A stretch of DNA of 64,000 bases from Octopus vulgaris (GCA_951406725.2 OX597823.1:59396001-59460000), one strand, 5' to 3'; shown: positions 41,946 to 55,551, counted from the first letter of the stretch. Numbers and translations are program-made. Notes: a model not told the origin generated them from the letters alone.

Positions 41946-41985
<40 letters not shown>

Positions 41986-42482
41986 CATATATATGAAATG
42001 TAGGTTTGGTGATGCAAACAGGAAAAATAGAACTCAAAACATGAGTGTATCATTTTTATTAATGATTGGCAGAAGTTACAGAGTGACTCAAGAGCCAAGA
42101 GTTTTGTGCATTAATATTTATCAAACGTATAAAATGTATGTATGTATTTGTGTATCTGTGTGCAGTCCTTTATGTTTTTCCTTAATATATATTAGTGAAC
42201 AGTAAAAACATCTTTGAGAAGCTAGAAATTCAATCATGTCCCTTGTTGTTCAGACCAACAGAAATACAATGAGTCTGTGATTGGGCCCTTGGAAACATGT
42301 CAGAAATAACACTATTCCCTAAACTGTTATAAAATATAGACAAAGTCAAAATCAGAAAATAACTCCACCAACTTTCTTCCAAATATATTTAGAAGGTTTA
42401 AGGAAACCACCATTATGTTAACAGAAGGTTTCAGAATAGTAAATCATTTCAAAATTCCATGCATATTTTAAATAACATCAGT

Positions 42483-42942
42483 AGAAACAAGTCACGTTTT
42501 ATGTATTCAATTAATTCCTTGAACCGGCTTGTGTTTTATAAATACATTTTATACCAGGAAAACATTCCGCATTCTGGATATTCTGCTTATTCCAGGAGAT
42601 ATGCCAAGAAACATATCACATTTTATATATTCAGTTTATTCCTAGGAACAACCCACATTCTATGTATTCAGTTTATCACAAGAAAGATCCCATATTCTAT
42701 ATAGTCAGTTTATTACAGAGTACATCCCACATTGAATATATCCAGTTTATTCCAGAAAACATCCCACATATTGTATATTCAGTTTATTTGCAAGAAATAT
42801 CCCATATTCTATATATTTGGTTTATTGCAGGAAACATTTCATATGTTATATATTCAAATTATTCTGGGAAACATCCCTTGTTCAATATATCCAGTATTTC
42901 CCAGGAAACAACCTACATTCTATATATTCAGTTTCTTCTGAA
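42483..42942. repeat. Degenerate 37-bp minisatellite, ~12 copies
   Basis: Consensus approximately ggaaacatcccacattctatatattcagtttattcca, repeated in tandem. Confidence 0.88.
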
Positions 42943-43068
42943 AAGCAAGTATTGCAAGTAATTGAAGCCACAGAGAAAAAGCATTAAATGATAATAATGA
43001 TTGCTTCTAATTTAGCCTGTAGTTTTAAGTGAAGAATTTAGTTGATACCACTGGTTCCAGAGCTTTAA

Positions 43069-43287
43069 CCCTTTAGTTACCATATTTCTGCAGAGATACT
43101 CTGTGTTTCTTTCAATCAATTTTAAATATAAAGAATTTAGTAAAATAACTTAGTTATCATTAAGCTAGTGTTAGGAACATAAATTGTGACTAAGGTTTGG
43201 TGGAAGATTTTAATTCAAAACTTATGAAAACAAGATATTTGTACTACAGAGCCAGAGCCAGTTTCAGCCAGGTTGGTAACAAACGGG
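43069..43287. mobile_element. piggyBac-like MITE
   Basis: TTAA|CCCTTTAGTTACC...GGTAACAAACGGG|TCAA. Confidence 0.75.
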
Positions 43288-46167
43288 TCAATAGCACTTG
43301 ATTTTATTGATCCTAGAAGTGTTGAAGATAAAATTGGTCTTCATAGATTTTGTATTCAGGTGATAGGGAGCTAGAACAAAATACTCTAAAGCATTTTTCT
43401 CGATGCCCTGAAGATTCTTCCAGCTCATTGATGCTGATAGTGGTAATGATGAGGATAAAATAATAATAAAGATGTCTTCCACAGTTACAAGGCAACTGGT
43501 TTGCAAGCCAACAGAATCAACTCCATTATGTTTACTAGCACTTATTGTGTCAATTTTACGAGAATAGAATTGAAATTTGACACTTGTAGGATTTGAACTC
43601 AGCTTTGTTTAGAGTGTTAATGCTTCTGTAAGAGAAGTACAAACACAGTACAGCTCTGGATTCAGTTCCCCTCCACTAAACCATGTCTTTTGACATAGCT
43701 ACTGAGTAAAATAGTCTTGTGAGTTAAACAGAGGGGATGGTTCCTGTTCATTGGTGATAAGATGAAACCAGAGCTTGTTTAATACTTTTACATTGAAAGC
43801 AAATATATACACTTGAAATTCCCTTACCCTTAACTGTAAAAGGTAGTTTTATATTCTAATCTATTTTTTGTTGAGGAGTGTCATGTCTGAAACTACTTTT
43901 CATTGAGGTATGCCAAAAGAGTTGCTGAAGAAGTCACAGATATATGATGAAAGATTTCCATGCAATGGACATAAGATAAAATAAGAAAAATAACAAGTGA
44001 AGAACGAATATATGTTACATGTGTTAAGTTTATTATGACTTGCAGAAAATACCAATTCGAGTAGTTTTTTTTAGATATTTAGCATCACTACTGGAATAAC
44101 AATGGAATTTTAATTTTAAAATAAAAGGGTTAAGCACTACCACTTAGTCGTTGAGTGTCTTTTGTGGTAAACATTTGACATAGGACCACAATTTGAGACT
44201 CCCTTCTTCCCACTAGTTATTTGAGCCCTAAAAAAAGGGCTTGAGTGCTGCCTATCTTCTTATAAGATATGAAATAGAAAGAAAGCCTACCTAAAGGAGT
44301 TGTTATTGAAAATGACTGTTAGACGATCCAGTTGGGGTTTCAATGCAGCCTGACTATGAATGTAATAGAGGCACAGATACCAGATTAGTGAATAACAATG
44401 CTTAAAAGGAAAATGCACACAGTATGCAACATCAATAATATTTCTTTGTTCTACGATAACAAGAGTGAGAGCCAAATATATGAGAAAAGCTAGAAAGTGT
44501 TTGAATTTAGCATAAGAACTAAGAAAATATGTGGCATGGAAGTGAAAGGGTATCTGTGTTGTCATAAAATCCAACAGTAACAAAATCAAAACAACCTTTT
44601 GAGAAACAGAGCGATATTGAAAATGTGATCTCGATAAACAAAATAGCCAGAAATTGTTATTTGTTATTCCTGCAAAGATTATTCTCAAAACATTTGAGAG
44701 TCGAGGAGGCTTGTTTTCACTAAATCCCACAAGTTAAATACCTTGACATGGCCACTGTTGATCTTAGCTACAATAACAATAAGAAGAAGAATGATAATAA
44801 TAATCATAATAATAATAGTAATGGTTGTAACTTCTTTACTGCACCAACAACAACAACAATAATAATAATAATAATAATAATAATCAATATGCATAATAGT
44901 AAGCAATTTTTGCATTAAAAAAAATTCAAACTGTCCAAAAATAGTTTTAGAATTTGCTACAGTTTTCAGAATGAAAAACAGATTTCCAAAGAAGAATGTT
45001 AAGTTGCTTTTCTTAAAATTGTAATCTTTTACTTTTATTATTATTATTATATTCTTTTTTGTGATTTTTTTTTGTTTTACTACTGTTACTTCTGACACTA
45101 CAACTATTACTATACTATAAATACAACTATTTATAGCTTATTGTTTGTTTGTTTGTTTTTCTTTTGTAAATTGGTTTTTGATAATTGATATTCATTTTGT
45201 GCCAATGGGGAATGATATAGGAAACAAAAGTATCAACTTTTCAAAATACAAATGAATGGAAGTTAGAATAAAGAAAATGGTAATATCTAAATAATCTGTC
45301 TTAAAATAAATAAAATAAATATATTTTTATATTTATCTTATTTGTTTACTTATTTACTTTTTGCTTCTGAATCTCATGTAGTTGTGGCTATTTGTGAACT
45401 TTTCTCAATCTTAGTTGCATTTGGTTGTGCTTTCAAATATTTAATTTCTATATTTATTTGTGCAACCATTTAAAGACATTAGGACAGTGTCTGGTATTGG
45501 AATTTGTAAAGAATTAAACATGGGCAGTAGACTTAATTTGTTGTTCAGTTCAACATGCGTCCTTGTACATTGGGTGCTTTAGCAGATCCACTCTGTTGCA
45601 AGCATTTGGGCCAGGTGACCAGTTAGAGGATTCTTTCCTCACACCTATATCAGAGGCCATTTCCTTCCCCACTGGTTTAAAGATTATAAATATATTTTGA
45701 TGACTAACTTCTAAAATGTGTCCTAAGTCCTAAACATCAAATTTAGGTTCAGACAAGCTGTTCATTATCATCATCACCATCATCATAATTTTACATCTGT
45801 TTTCCATGCTGGCATGGACTGTATGCTTTGTCAGGGGTTGGCAGGCCACTGACAAACTGGCTTTTATATGGCAATCTTTGTATATCTTTTAAGGGCAGTT
45901 GATCTGCATCAGGAAAGTTCCTTTTGATTGCACAAATCTAGGCCAAACTTTTTTTATGGAAGGCCAGCTATTGCTCATAAATGCACACCTTCCCTTTCCA
46001 TACAACTAATGTTGTCCAAGAGATAGGCAGAGGATCCTCTTTTACTCAGCTTTGTATCTATGTCATTACAGCCATTGCTGTCAGAATGCCGAGAAAAACA
46101 GAGCAGATACCACAAGGCATCTCAACAAACACTAACAAGTCTGTCACTGGTCTGAACTGATACAATA

Positions 46168-47445
46168 CAGGATGTCCCAAAATTAAGATAACCAAATTTT
46201 ATTCAATTTTGCCAAACCAAAATATTGTTATATTTTGGGTCTGAGCATTGCAATGCAATGATAAAGTAAACACAATTATGACACTACCACATTTATTCGA
46301 TATAACCTCCTAGGTTTTGAATCACAGCCTTAAATCTAGGTGCAAATGCTTCACATGCAGCACACTGCTGTTCTTGCAGAGTTGAAGTTCATTCTTGGCA
46401 CAGTATTGTCTTCAGAGCGTTGAGCAAAGCATGAGGGGTGCTCAAAACCCTTGTCTCTAAAATGGACCAAACAGAGAAATCCAACAGGTTGGGACCAGGG
46501 CTTCTTGAGAACTATACATCCCGGCCTATGAATGGCAGAATGTTTTTCTGAATCCTGTGTTGTGTCTGTTTGGAAGTGTGGGATGGTGCTGAGTCCTGCT
46601 GGAGGCTCCTAGGTATGCCTTGAAAGTGCTCGTTCACCCATGGAAGCAGATCAGCTTCCAAAATATCTCTAACGTATTGCTGGATGTTAACTTTAACACC
46701 TGAGGGCACAAAAACGAGGTGAGACCTTCCAGTGGCTGTCACTACTGCCCAAATCACAACTAACTGTGGATTTTGACGTCGATTTATGAGTCTACCCCTG
46801 ACGGATCCAGATACACTTCAAAGTCGGTCATCCTGGTGGCTTACTGCCTGTTTGATGACAAATTTATTTTCATCAGTGAGCCCCAGGTTGGGCAGCATGC
46901 CTTCAGCAATCTTATGAAGATTAAGACGATTTCTCTCCAGTCTCATGGTTTTATAAACTTTCTCAAGCTCATGATGGTCGATCATCTTATAGGGGTGGAT
47001 CCTAAGATCCTCTTTCAGCATTCAATATATCGATGTTCAGCTTATTTTTGCTGTGGCAGCCAGTTTTCTGATGAAATTATGAGAATTTCCCTATATCTTT
47101 TATCTGGTACTTTTGATAAGCTGAGGGGTCCACACTCTTCTTTTTTGGCCAGGTCCAAGTATATCAGTGATGGAACCAGTCTCTTGAAATTTTCTGACAA
47201 TTTTCCAGATTGTTGTTTGGTTGATTTTAAGCTTTTTTTACTATAGCTGTATTACTTTTGCCTCCTTTGTGAAAGGTTATGATTGTATTTCGGTCTATAG
47301 CCATTATCTAATTTATGAATCTGAAATGAAACAAAAAGAAGACACCCTAAGCTTCTATAATCATGAATAATTTTCATATTCTATCATGTTTATTGATAGT
47401 TATTAAAGCCTGAAACTTCGGTTGCCTTAATTTTGGGACACCCTG
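46168..47445 (-). mobile_element. Full-length decayed maT (DD37D) Tc1/mariner transposon, 1278 bp
   Basis: TA TSD on both sides. ~30-bp TIRs CAGGATGTCCCAAAATTAAGATAACC / GGTTGCCTTAATTTTGGGACACCCTG. Internal transposase remnant. Confidence 0.93.
46293..47304 (-). pseudogene. maT-family transposase pseudogene (several stops and a frameshift)
   Basis: MAIDRNTI..TIWKIVRKFQETG..LKEDLRIHPYK..LTDENKF..VIWAVV..LVFVPSGVKVN..QQD SAPSH..SPGPNLL D FSVWSILE..GGYIE*. There are 37 residues between the second and third catalytic Asp. Confidence 0.9.
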
Positions 47446-47529
47446 TATTTATTGACTCTGAGAGAGTGAAAGGTAATGTTAACCTCAGCCAGATTTAAAT
47501 TCAGACTTCAAGGAATCATAAATACATTT

Positions 47530-47830
47530 AGAGATGGGCCATTTAACTGACCGGCATTCAGTCACTCACAGGTATGTTCTACCCTCTGGCCTGCTGATGG
47601 GCCTTTATGTCTTTTCTATTGCTTCTGTAAGTGCCTCTGTTCCCATATTTCCTCTTGTGTCTCTCTACACTTTATACCCCTTGTTGCAACCACTCCCAAC
47701 TGCATTCAAAACACTATGTCTAATGTTTTGTCCCCAGATCATCAGCCCTCTGGGATCTTCTCCCTGCTCATGTCTTTCCTTTAATGATTCAAAAAGAACT
47801 TAATTAAAAGCCATCAAACTCACCATTCTC
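47530..47830 (+). mobile_element. Highly decayed CR1/L2-group LINE 3' fragment
   Basis: Frameshifted ..SVTHR.. and HYV*CFVPRSSALWDLLPAHVFP resemble the 'SFFPRT..LWN.LP..VFP' C-terminus of CR1/L2/Crack ORF2. Confidence 0.5.
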
Positions 47831-48858
47831 AGCAAAAGTCATGGGCACTGTCCCTTCCTCCAGACTCAGACTCAACATTGAAAAGAAATTATCTGGTGAT
47901 CGAGCTATTCAACCAATTCAATGGGGATCTAAAATACATAACCATCATATGACCTTCAAGACCATTCTCTCATTATATTAGGCATCATATATCTAAGACA
48001 CTTTCTCCTATACATTCTTCCTATTTATGATGAGGAAAGGTATGATTTAAGGGAGATTTGGCAGCTATTTCTAACAGTGGTAGAGTTTGATACAGTGCTA
48101 ATTATTACCTTACTTTTATAATAGTTTTTACCATTGCTTAGACCCAAATCAACTCCAAGTCAGCACTTGTACTTATCATGAAGAATTATGATCAAAGACC
48201 TAATTGTGTCCATGCTATTCTTTCTTCAAGATATTAGGAATCAATAATCTCATTATTTAATGTTTATCTCTGGTTGTAAGACTATACATCGTCTTTTGGG
48301 AGAGACTTAGTTGTTAGTTGTAGCAAGTCAAATAAACACATGCATGCTCCTGCATTGGCTGATAACACCTTCATTGTGATGTTATTGTTACTGAAAGCCC
48401 AGCAAGACCTATGGGGAAAGACATTCTAGCATTGACTATCCAATCTTTTTAAGGTATTATATATCTAAGAGCACATTGTTCAATGCTTGCTTTTTTATGA
48501 GAATAGACATTATTTATTATGATTTATAAGAAATTTAGTTGCTATTTCTAGCTGACTGACTGGTCACATAGAAGTAATATATGGAGAAAATAATGAAGAA
48601 AAGAACAGGTATCAGTTATCTAAGCCAATTATTTCACATTTAATTGTGTATTGGTGATGATGGTGATGATTTCAAATTTTGACACAAGGCCAGCAAGTTC
48701 AAGGGAAGGGATAAGTCAATTACATTGACCCCAGTGTTCAACCCTAAAAGGATGAAAGACAAAGTAAACCTTGGCAGAATTTGAACTCAGAGCGGAAAGG
48801 TGGGCGAAATGCCACTAAGCATTTGGCCTAGTATGCTAACAATTCTGCCAGCTCACTG

Positions 48859-48894
<36 letters not shown>

Positions 48895-49451
48895 GTCAAT
48901 TATTAAGATCAGAAACCATGAGTGGATCTCATGGCTTCTGATCTTAACTAATTGGAAGTGTTATCATGTACATTGTTTTGTCTTGGTATAAAAGATGGGT
49001 TACAGCAAATATTCTGCTCCATACCACAGATTTGCTAGTCAGTTGTTTGACCTTAACTGGTTGAGCATGTCTCTTAGAGGCTGATGATATGTGCATCTCT
49101 GATCACGAGCAGAAGTAGTGGGGGAGCATCATAGCCATGTGTTGAAAGGGATTCTTTGGGGTTTGAATAATTCACCTCTGGAAACAGGTGTTTCATTCAA
49201 CATCCTTCAACAACCCTTATTCAGGAACCTTTTGAGTGGGATGGGTTACTCGACCAGAAGAAAATTCTAACTGGGCCCTACCTGCAAGGTCATGTGCTGT
49301 TAATTTTGATATGGGATCATCATGTTGTGCACATATGGTTGTGATGCATGTGCATGGAGTACCTTTATCAGACGGGCAGTCATGATGGGTATACTGGGCT
49401 TTGTATATTTTACCCCAGTGTCACTTTGATAGCATGCACTGCTCTCCCACA
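48895..49451 (+). mobile_element. Probable 3' end of a non-LTR retrotransposon embedded in (TAA)n
   Basis: GC-richer 550-bp block with (AAT)n on both sides (48863-48894 and 49451-49491) and a 5' inverted 20-bp hairpin. No coding remnant seen. Confidence 0.5.
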
Positions 49452-49456
49452 TAATG

Positions 49457-49491
<35 letters not shown>

Positions 49492-51911
49492 TCTTTCTTT
49501 ATTAGCCACAAGGGCTGACAAAATAAGACATAATGATAATAATAATGATAATGGCTTGAATTTTGGCATAAGGCAAGTAATTTTGGGACTGGGGTTTTGT
49601 CATTTACAATAACCTCAGTACTCAATGAGTTCTTGTTTTAAAAATAAAAAAAAAAAACAGGGTGGTTATGGCTAGAATGCCCTTTATCATAGGACTGTTT
49701 GGTTCTACAAGGAGTGGGGGTGGGAAGCTAAACAACAACGACAACAACAGCAACACGTCATTAAATTTATACCTGGTTCTCAATATTTATTACTTGGTTA
49801 CACCTTCACATTTACTCTGTCAAAATTGCAATATTTCTTTCAAAAATATATGTAATTAAGTGAACTGCTGCTCATTTTCCCAACATAATTTGTCTTAAAT
49901 GAAACAGTTTCTAGAAGAACAAAACCAAAACCCAAAGCAAATAAATAGATAAAACTAAGACAAAAATAAAGAAAAACAAATAATAGTATGGAGGTTACAT
50001 CAAAGTAATTATTCAGATTTAGAATGGTAGTTAATTGTTTTGTTTTGTTTTTTGTTTGTTTTTTTTTTTTGTATTTTGGTTGCTTCTTCTTCAAGTCTTT
50101 TTCTTTCAATGTGGAAGAATTTATAACAATAAGCTATATAAGAATTGAAGAATTAGCGGGAGTTAAAAAGAAAAGAAACCTCCAGAAAAACAATAACAAA
50201 AGCAAAACAAACATGAAAAATGAAGCAAAATGAAAATGTTTTATTTTTGGCAAGTCTACTAATTAGTATCAAAATTGTCTGAAATGTTGTATAGTGTCTT
50301 GGTAGACAGAGACCAGGAGAAAAGTTTCAAGTAGTTATGAAGAACTTGTTAAAAATCATTGATCAGCATTAGTCTGGAACAAAATAATTTCCCAAACGAG
50401 ACACTTATAATAAATAGTTGAATGATGCCTTTATGCGTTAAGTTCCCCTGGAGACTATGCTGCAGATAACTATTTTGAAAGCAATTATAGAGTTGAAGAG
50501 TTTGTCTTTCATGAAAATAAAACAAACCTTCTCATATATATGTTTATTAAATCACCTATACAGAATTTATCTTATGTTTTCTTGATATGACTAAACATGG
50601 TTGTAAGTTTTTGTACTATTGTGCTCGCCCACTCAACTGTAGTCTGGCTTCAGTAGCTGGAATGTGGCCATACTGAGACATGTGCTTCATGGAAGGTTAG
50701 GGGGTTTTAGGTGTTTGTAGAGTACAGGAATGCTGGTTATTGATTCCTGTTTTTGGTTCTGTCATTGAGAACCCAATTTTGGAAACATTTTACTTAAGAT
50801 TGTCCATCTTTTCCTTCCCTTAAAATTAATAGAAAAATTCTCTCACAGGCATAAACAGTGGATTCGTACTTGCGCTATAGAACTGAAATTACAACCACTA
50901 CTACTACTATCACCACAATCACCACTACTACATATACTAGTCCTACTCTTGTTTGTCACTTTTTTCTTCTTACCAGTCTTTCTAGTTCTTCAGGACAAAA
51001 AGCTCCAAAGTGAAACCAAACAACAAAAGAAGAAAGAAGAAAGAAAAAAACACACTCAACACCAGAGCTGAAGATACCTCCAAAAGGAGGGGTTCCACCA
51101 ACAGTAGAGGAGTAGGGGCCAAAACCGGACATGGTTCCTCCTGATGATGCCTTTAGCCATTGGATTCTATAAAGGAGCTGTTGAGGTAGTGAACCACAAA
51201 ACATGGTAGGAATTCCTTACTATGACAGATGTAGCAACTAATCTCATTGTTCTCTGTCATGAATTTCATATCTTTTACCTCGGTGTCTTCAACTGGGCAC
51301 AATTCCAGTATGACTTTGTGATCTTGTGACCTTTTGGAGTCCTTGACCTCATATTGCCTCTCATGAACACTCCTTTAACCCCTCCCTCATACACTGATTT
51401 TAAAAAATGTGATGTCAACCCACAGATGCCAAACCACAGAAAGAACCATCATTTCTTGTCACCACTCTTATATTTCTTTGTTCCATGTACTGGAGAAAAA
51501 ATGTATGAGTGGAAGTGTGTCAAGTAATTCTAGCCTGTGTTTTGGTTGAGTCTTTAGTTTTGAGATTACAAAAATAACACCATAGTTTTTCCTTTCTCAC
51601 TTGAGGAGATGTCTGAAGATGTCTTGAAGTGGTTTGAATTCTTGTCATGAGTAATAATTAAATCCATAATGAGCTTTGTATAGACTTTTTCTCATTCTAA
51701 CGAAAACACTTTCAAAGCATTGGTCAAATGGAGTCTAGAGTAGAAGACAGTTCTCCTAAAAATTAATGTCAGTCACTTCTTGAAAAAAAATCCCTTGTAC
51801 AACACATTAAATGGTTTGACTGTTTTATCATAAACTTTTGTAATTTCTAATTAAGTTGAATTTAAATTTTCCTTTATTCATTTATATTATTAATTGCATG
51901 TTCATAGTGAA

Positions 51912-52570
51912 TGTGTTTTCGTTTAAATGCCCATTTGCTGCGGGATAGTGTCTGGGGAAAGCTACCTACATGACACCAGGTGTTAAAGAACACTGAATTT
52001 CCCAGACCAGGTGAGACAGCTCACCCCAAATTGGCCAAAAGTGGTAGATATCAATTTTTCAGCATTATTATGGTTCCTCAATACCATATGTCATGATCAA
52101 CTCGAACCAAAATGAATTACTGGTTTGAAACTTATAGGAAAATAAAGTGAAGTTTATTTACTGATGTGCTGCAGAGTAGCACATGTGAAGGAAATTGTAA
52201 TTATAAATGAAAAGCAGCTCTAGAAAGGAAAACATTATCTATTCCACATACATAGTGTATATTTTGTTTAAACACCCATGTGCTGTGACATAGAATCCAG
52301 AGAAAGCTCCCTTCATGATGCTCAGTGTTAAAGAACACTGAGTGTCCTAGACTAGGTAAGACAACTCACCCTGAAGTGACCAAGAATGGTATATATATTG
52401 ATATTTTGCCATTATTGTGGCTCTGCAGTATCATGTACTTAGATTACCTCAAAGTGAAATGAATCACTGGTCTGAGACTTATATGCAAATACTGTGATGT
52501 CTATTTGCTGATGTGCCAGAGCATAGCATATGTGAAAGACAATAAAATTATAAATTCTAAGTAGCTTTTA
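51912..52570. repeat. Old tandem duplication, period ~345 bp
   Basis: catga..gtgttaaagaacactga..aggt.agaca.ctcaccc at 51969 and 52314. Homology continues for about 250 bp with many substitutions. Confidence 0.85.
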
Positions 52571-53033
52571 ATTCATAATTTAATAATTCTGAATTTATGG
52601 TATTAAAGGATTCATTCACAACAATTATGCTACAATAACTTTTCTTCATAAAGGCGGCAAACTGGCAGAAATGTTAGAATGCCAGGTGAAATGGTTAGCA
52701 GTATTTCGTCCGTTTTTATGTTCTGAGTTCAAATTCCACTGAGGTTGACTTTGCCCTTCATCCTTTCAGGAGTCGATAAATTAAGTACCAGTTGCATACT
52801 GGGGTTGATCTAATCGACTGGCATCCTCCCCCAAAATTTGAGGTCTTGTACCTAGAGTAGAAAAGAATATTTTTTTCTCCATTCTTAAATGGTTTCAAAT
52901 AGCAAAACACTAGAAGAGAAGAAAATCATATAGGATGATGTTCAATAATTATCAGTTGTCTCACATCTATGTAGATAAAAATGCAAGTATATGTGTGAGT
53001 ATGTATGTCAAAGGCCACAGTGTAGATCAAATC

Positions 53034-53583
53034 TATAAATAAAATAACTTACATACTTCAACAAGAAGACAATTTTTTCCTCAAATTGGTTGTTAGTAGA
53101 TGCAAAATTTTAGTTGAAGATATTTAGTTTTCTTCCTTGCCTTCTGAAATATTTTTAATCAGAGGATATTGGTTAAAATTGGCAAATGTCTGAATAAGAG
53201 CTATTTACTCACAGAAATAAGAATTGTTTCCCCACATGAGAATTATTGTTTTTCTTTCCATTTTTTTTATTTCTTATCAGGCTAAATGCTCATGAGAAGA
53301 TAAATTTGATGTTGAGGTTCAAGTTTGTTCAGCATCATTAGAACATTCATAAGAAGGAGCAGCAAAATGCAGACGAAATGTAGATGTATAGATAATTAAA
53401 TAAGGTTTAACCCTGCCTTACTGAACTCCATCTGACCCATCCAAGCATGGAATAGCAGACATCAAAATGATGATCTTGACCATGATGATGATGATGATGA
53501 CAGCGATGATGATGGTGTTGTTGGTGGTGATGATGATTGTTATGACAATAATGCTGCTGCTGCTGCTTATGATGACAATGATG

Positions 53584-53616
<33 letters not shown>

Positions 53617-55551
53617 CGATGACAATGATGGTGATGATGATGATAATGATGATGATCATGATGATGGTGGTAAAGGTGGTGGTGATGATGATGATGATGA
53701 GGAGGAGGAGGATAGTGTATCGAGTGCAAATCAAACTGATTGTATAGTTGCTCTCTGTCAAGATATAACCATAACAAGATTTGAATTCAGTTCTATAAAC
53801 AAAAGAAAATTCCCATGAAATTTTCAAGGTTCTTTGCTGTTCATAGCTGTAAATAACACCACCTCATTACAACCCCCTTTTTACTAAAGTGGACTGGGCA
53901 CACACTTTGCCATTCTAGTGGTGTGATATTAGTACTAACCAATTGGCTCTTGGTCAAGTATGTTAAAAAGATGGCCAGGTATAACATTTTTTGAGAGTAG
54001 ATACCCGTATTTATTACCTTATTTTTTGAGAGTAGATACCCGTATTTATTACCTATTTATTACCTTTTTAAGGCGGCAAGCTGGCAGAAACGTTAGCACG
54101 CCGGGCGAAATGCTTAGCGGTATTTCGTCTGCGTTACGTTGTGAGTTCAAATTCCGCCGAGGTCGACTTTGCCTTTCATCCTTTCGGGGTCGATAAATTA
54201 AGTACCAGTTACGCACTGGGGTCGATGTAGTCGACTTAATACCTTTGTCTGTCCTTGTTTGTCCCCTCTGTGTTTAGCCCCTTGTGGGTAGTAAAGAAAT
54301 ATATAAATAAAATAACTTACATACTTCAACAAGAAGACAATTTTTTCCTCAAATTGGTTGTTAGTAGATGCAAAATTTTAGTTGAAGATATTTAGTTTTC
54401 TTCCTTGCCTTCTGAAATATTTTTAATCAGAGGATATTGGTTAAAATTGGCAAATGTCTGAATAAGAGCTATTTACTCACAGAAATAAGAATTGTTTCCC
54501 CACATGAGAATTATTGTTTTTCTTTCCATTTTTTTTTTATTACTTATCAGGTTAAATGCTCATGAGAAGATAAATTTGATGTTGAGGTTCAAGCTTGTTC
54601 AGCATCATTAGAACATTCATAAGAAGGAGAAGCAAAATGCAGATGAAATGTAGATGTATAGATAATTAAATAAGGTTTAACCCTGCCTTACTGAACTCCA
54701 TCTGACCCATCCAAGCATGGAATAGCAGACATCAAAATGATGATCTTGACCATGATGATGATGATGATGACAGCGATGATGATGGTGTTGTTGGTGGTGA
54801 TGATGATTGTTATGACAATAATGCTGCTGCTGCTGCTTATGATGACAATGATGGTGATGATGATGATGATGACAATGATGGTGATGATGATGATGATAAT
54901 GATGATGATAATGATGATGGTGGTAGTGGTGGTGGTGATAATGATGATGATGATGAGGAGGAGGATAGTGTATCGAGTGCAAATCAAACTGATTGTATAG
55001 TTGCTCCCTGTCAAGATATAACCATAACAAGATTTGAATTCAGTTCTATAAACAAAAGAAAACTCCCATGAAATTTTCAAGGTTTCTTGCTGTTTATAGC
55101 TGTAAATAACACCACCTCATTACAACCCTTTTTACTAAAGTGGACTGGGCACACACTGTGCCATTCTAGTGGTGTGATATTAGTACTAACCAATTGGCTC
55201 TTGGTCAAGTATGTTAAAAAGATGGCCAGGTATAACATTTTTTGAGAGTAGATACCCGTATTTATTACCTTATTTTTTGAGAGTAGATACCCGTATTTAT
55301 TACCTATTTATTACCTTTTTAAGGCGGCAAGCTGGCAGAAACGTTAGCACGCCGGGCAAAATGCTTAGCGGTATTTCGTCTGTGTTACGTTGTGAGTTCA
55401 AATTCCGCCGACGTCGACTTTGCCTTTCATCCTTTCGGGGTCGATAAATTAAGTACCAGTTACGCACTGGGGTCGATGTAATCGACTTAATACCTTTGTC
55501 TGTCCTTGTTTGTCCCCTCTGTGTTTAGCCCCTTGTGGGTAATAAAGAAAT
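53034..55551. repeat. Near-identical tandem duplication (53034-54301 / 54302-55551)
   Basis: Both copies carry the same unique sequence, (GAT)n tract and terminal SINE A. They differ by scattered SNPs and microsatellite length. Confidence 0.97.

Noticed and set aside
42483-42942. CRISPR-like 37-bp periodicity
   Set aside because: No spacers, degenerate units, no cas genes, and a eukaryotic context.
44287-45098. 147-aa and 137-aa minus-strand ORFs
   Set aside because: Low-complexity AT-rich and trinucleotide-repeat translations with no recognisable domain.
46773-47246. 157-aa + strand ORF
   Set aside because: Antisense shadow of the maT transposase pseudogene.
53407-55080. Poly-His / poly-Ile ORFs resembling histidine-rich proteins
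   Set aside because: These are (GAT)n/(GGT)n microsatellites. The reading frame shifts between the two duplicate copies, so there is no coding constraint.
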